NCBI GenBank assembly: GCA_002269645.1
Contig: NIVC01001398.1
Location: forward strand, 124,001-188,000
Length of the DNA stretch: 64,000 nucleotides
Reading direction: 5' to 3'
Origin: Macrostomum lignano
Taxonomy: Eukaryota
Shown piece after piece: positions 42,641 to 64,000 of the stretch. Positions within the stretch are counted from its first letter, which is position 1. Each line of letters starts with the position of its first letter. A model generated the notes under the pieces. That model was not told the origin of the DNA. It saw only the letters and a program-made list of their open reading frames with translations, and searched no databases. The translations under genes were made by a program, and so were the position numbers.

Positions 42641-45600
42641 GCGATTCGAGGGGTGTTTAAGTAAAGATCAGAATGGAAAAGGAGGCTAAAGGGGGCTTTG
42701 CAGCTGGGGTGGAGAGAATTGAACTTGCAAGTGCTCAACTCCAGCTTCCATCATCAGCTCAACCAGAGAGACTATCGAATCAGTGGGAGCAAATCAGCAG
42801 TTGCATGTTCAACTGTCTCCTGGGATCTGTTGGGGGGATTTGAATACGAAATGGCCGCTCCGCGCGGATGCAGCAGGATGACGCGTGCAGGTGCGCTCGC
42901 GAACCGTAGAGAAGGTGATTAGGCATGTATTGGATTTCTCCGGGGCCAAGGGGAGCGGCGGCACGGGATTAATAACGCACGGAGTGTGCTGTCGCTATCC
43001 GGGATTAGCGGGGAATTCGGCCTCGGGAAATGCTTTGACTGGATGAGACGGTCCTGTCAGTCAGGGGGATTTTGATTGAGTATCGATATGGCGCGAGGCT
43101 CTGTGTTCGTCTTTTGTTTCGGTAATTTGGTTACTAACCCGGGGCGTTTGCTCCCAGGGCGTGCACTTGGCGCGTCAAATGCATTGGCGAGGTGGAAAGT
43201 CACTGCTGATGGCAACAAGGATGTGCCTAAGAAGTGCAATACAGCAGCGAAACGAAAGTGCAAAGCATTTCATGTAAAAAACAATTCGAACCGGAAATTG
43301 ATTGATTGATTTCACCTGACTGCGTCTCAACTTCGGGAAATTGGTTGCGCAATGTCTGGTTAGAAGAGCAATTATTAATGCTATGAGAGTTCGCAGGAGG
43401 CCTGCGGACATCGTCCCGCCGCCAATACTGTACTCAGGCGCACACTCATACGTACACAAGCTCACATGGGGTGTACAGCGCCACTTTGACTTGTCAATTG
43501 TCGGGAATATTTTACGCTTTTACCGCTGAGCTGCTCCGCACCGCATGAATGTATGAGCTGCTAGCCAAGCAATCCATAGCCGCTACTCTCACTGATGGGC
43601 CTCTGCGGTACTCGTACAGCCGTACTTTTTGAACTTCAAGGCAAGCACGTCTCCGTCGCTTGGAGACAAAAAATGGGGGTTTGGGTGATGCATGAATATT
43701 TAGCTATTCTGACTGATCACGCGCCTTACCTACGGTAAGACCTTCCTCTATAAGCATCTGCGAGTATATTGGATCTTACATCAGAATCACTTTATATTCT
43801 GGATTTTCGGTAAATTTCAACAATTTTTTGATTCAATTTTTTGCGATGTTTATTTTCGCGGAATTCTTCATTTTTTAAACAAAAAAACTTGGTCCGTCCC
43901 TATCGCGCCAGCACCAGCCGGGCAGCCTCGGCATCAGCTGATTGATTGCGCAGCGCATCGAGGCTCTTGAGCGATGAAAAATTAATGAGACTATTGGGCA
44001 AAGAGGCTGGCTGTGTGTGCGAAGTGCACGCCGCCCGATACGGACTGCGGGTCACCCTGTCGGCCTTGTGTTGACTCTGGCTGTGAAGCTGAACAGAGTA
44101 GGGAATCTGGAGTCGAATTTTCGTCATCAGTTTTTGTCTGCCCCTCTTTCTGCTTGTCATTCCACCCCGCCCCATCCCGCCCACGGGCCAGAGTCTCCCA
44201 GCATTTCATGAAGCTCTAGACCAACGCTTGGCGTCTGGCTTTGCCGAGAATTTGCTGGCAATAACCAACAGGCAGTGTGCCTGTAATTGGGTATTAAGCC
44301 TCTGTCGACATTTTTCGCTGGCGGAGATAAGGCAGAGGGGGGTAAAGGAGGGGGGGAGTGGGGAAGGCCAAGGAGAGCCCGAACCAGAGTGTGGAGTGGC
44401 TGTCTGCAGTGTTGCAGACTGGCAACTGTCAGGCCCCATGTTTAATAAATTCAAGCGATTGCCCAATGAGCTGCTGAATGCTTCGAGATTGGCGAGAATC
44501 TTCTGGATGCTGAACAATAGGCAAAGTACATTGTGTTCTTAAAATTGTTATTTTTATATATTTTCATAAAAAAGCGTGGGACGAGAAGAAATGCAAAAAA
44601 GACAGAAAAACACATTTGTTCTGCTCTAATTGAGCATTTTTAGCAGCCCCTATTGTGTCTTAACAATCCGCCACTTGGCCAAGAGTTTCCACTCCGGGGT
44701 CCTAGTAAAAGCTGTCCTTGTCCCTGTCAGGCCAGCGAATGGCGGGCGGGGTGTGCCCTGATCCTGGCAGCCAGGGGCGCCATTGGCAATGGGACAGTTG
44801 GAGGGGATCAAATCCTGACGAAAGGGAGGGGCCTTAATTCCCTCACCCTCCCTCCCAGCCCTGATCGCGATTGGCAGTACAAAAGTGTTGAAAAGTCGCT
44901 GTTGCTGCTGCTGCTACTAGAAGAGATAAGCGAGAGAAAGACACAGAGAGAGAGCCAGCAACACAGCAATAGCAGCGCCGTCGCAAAGTCTCTGCCAGCC
45001 CGATCGGCCCGGCCAGAACCCAGGAAAAGTGAGTGCCTCAAAGATGGAGATTTTCTAAGTTTAGCACAACTTTAGAGACAGCCAGGCTTTCATTCAAACT
45101 GTAGATGCAGATGACGCGGTATTGTTTATGGTTTAAATATAGAATGGCCTTCAATTTCAATGTGGCTACATTTAGATATTTAAATGAATTGCTGACTACC
45201 TGTTAAAATTAAAGCACCTTATACATTTCTATGCGACATCAGCTAAAAACATTTCCTGTCATTTGTACTTGGCCGTCCCTGCTCACGCCACTTAACTTAT
45301 TATTGGCTTCTCAACTAAGCAACAATGCCACGCTGCCCCCCTGGGAACACTGGGAGCCTTTGGGAGCAGCTGGCTCGCAGTGCTGCCCCCCCCCCCCTGC
45401 TGCTCCCGTTTCTTTTGAAAGCAAGCCACACGCCCAAAAATAGCTTGAATTTCGCTCTGCCCCTGCAGTGCGAATCTAATTTTAATAGCGATTTCTGTTA
45501 GTCCCAGGGCCGGGGGATCAATTGGTTTCAGGGGGCTGGCGGGCCACTTTCTTGTCATTGCCGGGCCGGGCGTGTCCACTCCCTCGCAGACCCGAATGAC

Positions 45601-45794
45601 TTCTGCCGGCAGTTGCGCCGTATGAAACTAGAAAAAAACTTAGCGGAGGAAAAGTTCAATGCCCACTTGAAACAATTTCTCAATTCTAAGCAGTGGGCGA
45701 CTTCATTGGTGCACTGACTTGTACACCTGCGCAGATGTACTATTGATCTTCCCTCTTCTTGGCTAGATTAGCAATCCATTCTATTGCTTCAGCT

Positions 45795-47175
45795 ATGGCA
45801 GATTAGCAATCATGTCAGATTAGCAATGTTGTTAGATTAGCAATCATGTCAGATTAGCAATGTTGTCAGATTAGCAATGATGTCAGATTAGCAATCATGT
45901 CAGATTAGCAATCATGTCAGATTAGCAATCATGTCAGATTAGCAATCATGTCAGATTAGCAATCATGTCAGATTAGCAATCATGTCAGATTAGCAATCAT
46001 GTCAGATTAGCAATCATGTCAGATTAGCAATCATGTCAGATTAGCAATCATGTCAGTTCAGCAATCATGTCAGATTAGCAATCATGTCAGATTAGCAATC
46101 ATGTCAGATTAGCAATGTTGTTAGATTAGCAATCATGTCAGATTAGCAATCATGTCAGATTAGCAATCATGTCAGATTAGCAATCATGTCAGATTAGCAA
46201 TCATGTCAGATTATCAATCATGTCAGATTAGCAATCATGTCAGATTAGCAATCATGTCAGATTAGCAATGATGTTAGATTAGCAATCAAGTCAGATTAGC
46301 AATCATGTCAGATTAGCAATGATGTCAGATTAGCAATGTTGTTAGATTAGCAATCATGTCACATTAGCAATCATGTCAGATTAGCAATCATGTCAGATTA
46401 GCAATGATGTTAGATTAGCAATCATGTCAGATTAGCAATCATGTCAGATTAGCAATCATGTCAGATTAGCAATCATGTCAGATTAGCAATGATGTCAGTT
46501 CAGCAATCATGTCAGATTAGCAATCATGTCAGATTAGCAATCATGTCAGATTAGCAATCATGTAAGATTAGCAATCATGTCAGATTAGCAATGATGTCAG
46601 ATTAGCAATCATGTCAGATTAGCAATCATGTCAGATTAGCAATCATGTCAGATTAGCAATCATGTCAGATTAGCAATCATTTCAGATTAGCAATCATGTC
46701 AGATTAGCAATGATGTTAGATTAGCAATCATGTCAGATTAGCAATCATGTCAGATTAGCAATCATGTCAGATTAGCAATCATGTCAGATTAGCAATCATG
46801 TCAGATTAGCAATCATGTCAGATTAGCAATCATGTCAGATTAGCAATCATGTCAGATTAGCAATCATGTCAGATTAGCAATCATGTCAGATTAGCAATGA
46901 TGTCAGATTAGCAATCATGTCAGATTAGCAATCATGTCAGATTAGCAATCATGTCAGATTAGCAATCATGTCAGATTAGCAATCATGTCAGATTAGCAAT
47001 CATGTCAGATTAGCAATCATGTCAGATTAGCAATCATGTCAGATTAGCAATCATGTCAGATTAGCAATGATGTTAGATTAGCAATCATGTCAGATTAGCA
47101 ATCATGTCAGATTAGCAATCATGTCAGATTAGCAATCATGTCAGATTAGCAATCATGTCAGATCAGAAATCATGT
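45795..47175. repeat. Minisatellite, 17 bp unit (cagattagcaatcatgt)
   Basis: About 80 highly homogeneous tandem units. Confidence 0.96.
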
Positions 47176-47505
47176 CCTCAGAATTAATAAATTTCGGCAA
47201 GTTCTCCGCAATTCATCTTATCATACAACGTACGTTGGACTCACGCGGACATGTAAAGCGATCCCTTTTTATCAGTTGAGCAGCGGCTGACACGGAGGTT
47301 GAGGGCCGCTAATTACGACTCCAGGCGCGGGTCTCCTGGGTCCTCTTTAGAGTTCTGAGGTCGGGCGAGTGGCTCTTATCGCTAGAGCAGATCAGCGGTT
47401 CTTTAATCCAAGCCTGAAATTCATTGAATGGCGGCAATTTGTGTTCCACCTCCTGCTGCTTCTTCTTTTAGAAGAGTAGACTGACTCATCTGGCCAGCCG
47501 TGAGG

Positions 47506-61698
<14,193 letters not shown>

Positions 61699-61884
61699 AT
61701 TCCAGCTGCAGTGTGAAGCAGCAATGCGCCTTCATTGCTTTTGTAGATTTCCCATTTTACGCTACAGAAACACTCGTACCTGCTCCCATGGTCTCAAACC
61801 AGTTGTTACGTTTAGGGCATTGCTTTGCTGCATCCTTGTCCTCAGATGACCTCGGCTGGTTAACTAAGTACTTAATGACCAGTA

Positions 61885-62200
61885 TTCTGACTGCTCACGG
61901 ACCCCCATTTTGACTGTTCAATGACCCCCAACATTCTGACTGCTCACTGACCCCCCACACATTCTGACTGCTTACTGACCCCCCCCCACATTCTGACTGC
62001 TTACTGACCCCCCCCACATTCTGACTGCTTACTGACCCCCCACACATTCTGACTGCTTACTGACCCCCCCCCACATTCTGACTGCTCACTGACCCCCCAC
62101 ATTCTGACTGCTCACTGACCCCCCCACATTCTGACTGCTCACTGACCCCCACACATTCTGACTGCTCACTGACCCCCACACATTCTGACTGCTCACACAC
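61885..62200. repeat. Minisatellite, ~27-30 bp unit (cacattctgactgctcactgacccccc)
   Basis: About ten tandem units in the P2X 3' region. Confidence 0.92.
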
Positions 62201-62717
62201 CCTCATTGTGTAGCTAGCAAAAATTTATAAACCAATGTTTCGTTCTGTCAAGTATCATTTTTACTCCTAGCTTTAGCATAGACCAGAGCACTGTGTGCTA
62301 CAGCTTGCATCTCAACATCTTTAATTGTCATGCTTAATGCCTCCAGAACTACTGACAATGCCTACATTATACGTCGAAAGTGTGCATGAAATTCGAATTT
62401 TAAAGTTTTCATTTGCCTAATACGAGCGAACAGAATTGCTGGTATATTCGAAGCGGGGGAACCGGAACCTCGTGACATTTTTCATGTAATTTAGTTGATC
62501 TCTAACGAGAATTGAAACCACCTTTAAAATTAAAAAATTCTCTATGCTATAAATTTGAGTCATTGTTTGGCATCACGTGTTCAATATCCTACTTCTCATT
62601 TCACTCAATATTATGCAGTGTCCTTTAAAATAGGAAATTAAATAACTTTCTTGCACTGACGTCATGAAAGATTACAGAAACAAAATTTAAAGCCGCCTCA
62701 GCTTCTACATGTATGTG

Positions 62718-63893
<1,176 letters not shown>

Positions 63894-64000
63894 CACTAAC
63901 AGCTCCTCCTTTCAATGGGTAACCTCTAATCTTCTAAAAGCATTTCAGCTGCTGTGGGTCAGCAACACTTCTAGCCTGACTGACAGCCTGTCCCATGTCC

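Noticed and set aside
45795-47175. Regular short repeat arrays as possible CRISPR arrays (also 26545-27455 and 20860-21560)
   Set aside because: The units are head-to-tail with no unique spacers, there are no cas genes, and the context is eukaryotic.

Overview
This is eukaryotic (animal) genomic DNA with spliceosomal GT-AG introns, mostly GC3-rich exons, and introns and intergenic space densely filled with micro- and minisatellites. The style suggests a free-living flatworm such as Macrostomum lignano; this is inference, not confirmed. Six intron-containing genes can be assembled by hand: (1) a minus-strand Ig-domain gene (partial, ~1.1-2.0 kb); (2) cytosolic glycerol-3-phosphate dehydrogenase GPD1 (-, 10116-13501, 5 exons, 351 aa); (3) SPOP/roadkill MATH-BTB-BACK E3 adaptor (+, 18885-25696, with a probable ~100-aa Q/A/P-rich N-terminal extension); (4) an unrecognised 152-aa secreted 6-cysteine protein (-, 29004-29658); (5) diphthine methyl ester synthase DPH5 (+, 33074-35410); (6) a P2X purinergic receptor (+, 47506-61698, 7 coding exons, 595 aa, long low-complexity C-tail). 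Mobile DNA includes three copies of a tRNA(Met)-headed CORE-like SINE and three hAT-type MITEs with exact 8-bp TSDs, one nested in another. The most notable observations are these: a ~345-bp copy of a P2X intron, splice acceptor and exon start sits inside the last SPOP intron, where it could act as a truncating acceptor; a CpG-void, TpA/CTAG-rich island (~12-18.7 kb) flips codon usage within GPD1; and a family of related minisatellites, partly inverted, surrounds DPH5. Most long ORFs in the supplied track are satellite artefacts. No CRISPR array, rRNA or intact tRNA gene was seen. All coordinates were read by eye; repeat boundaries are approximate.
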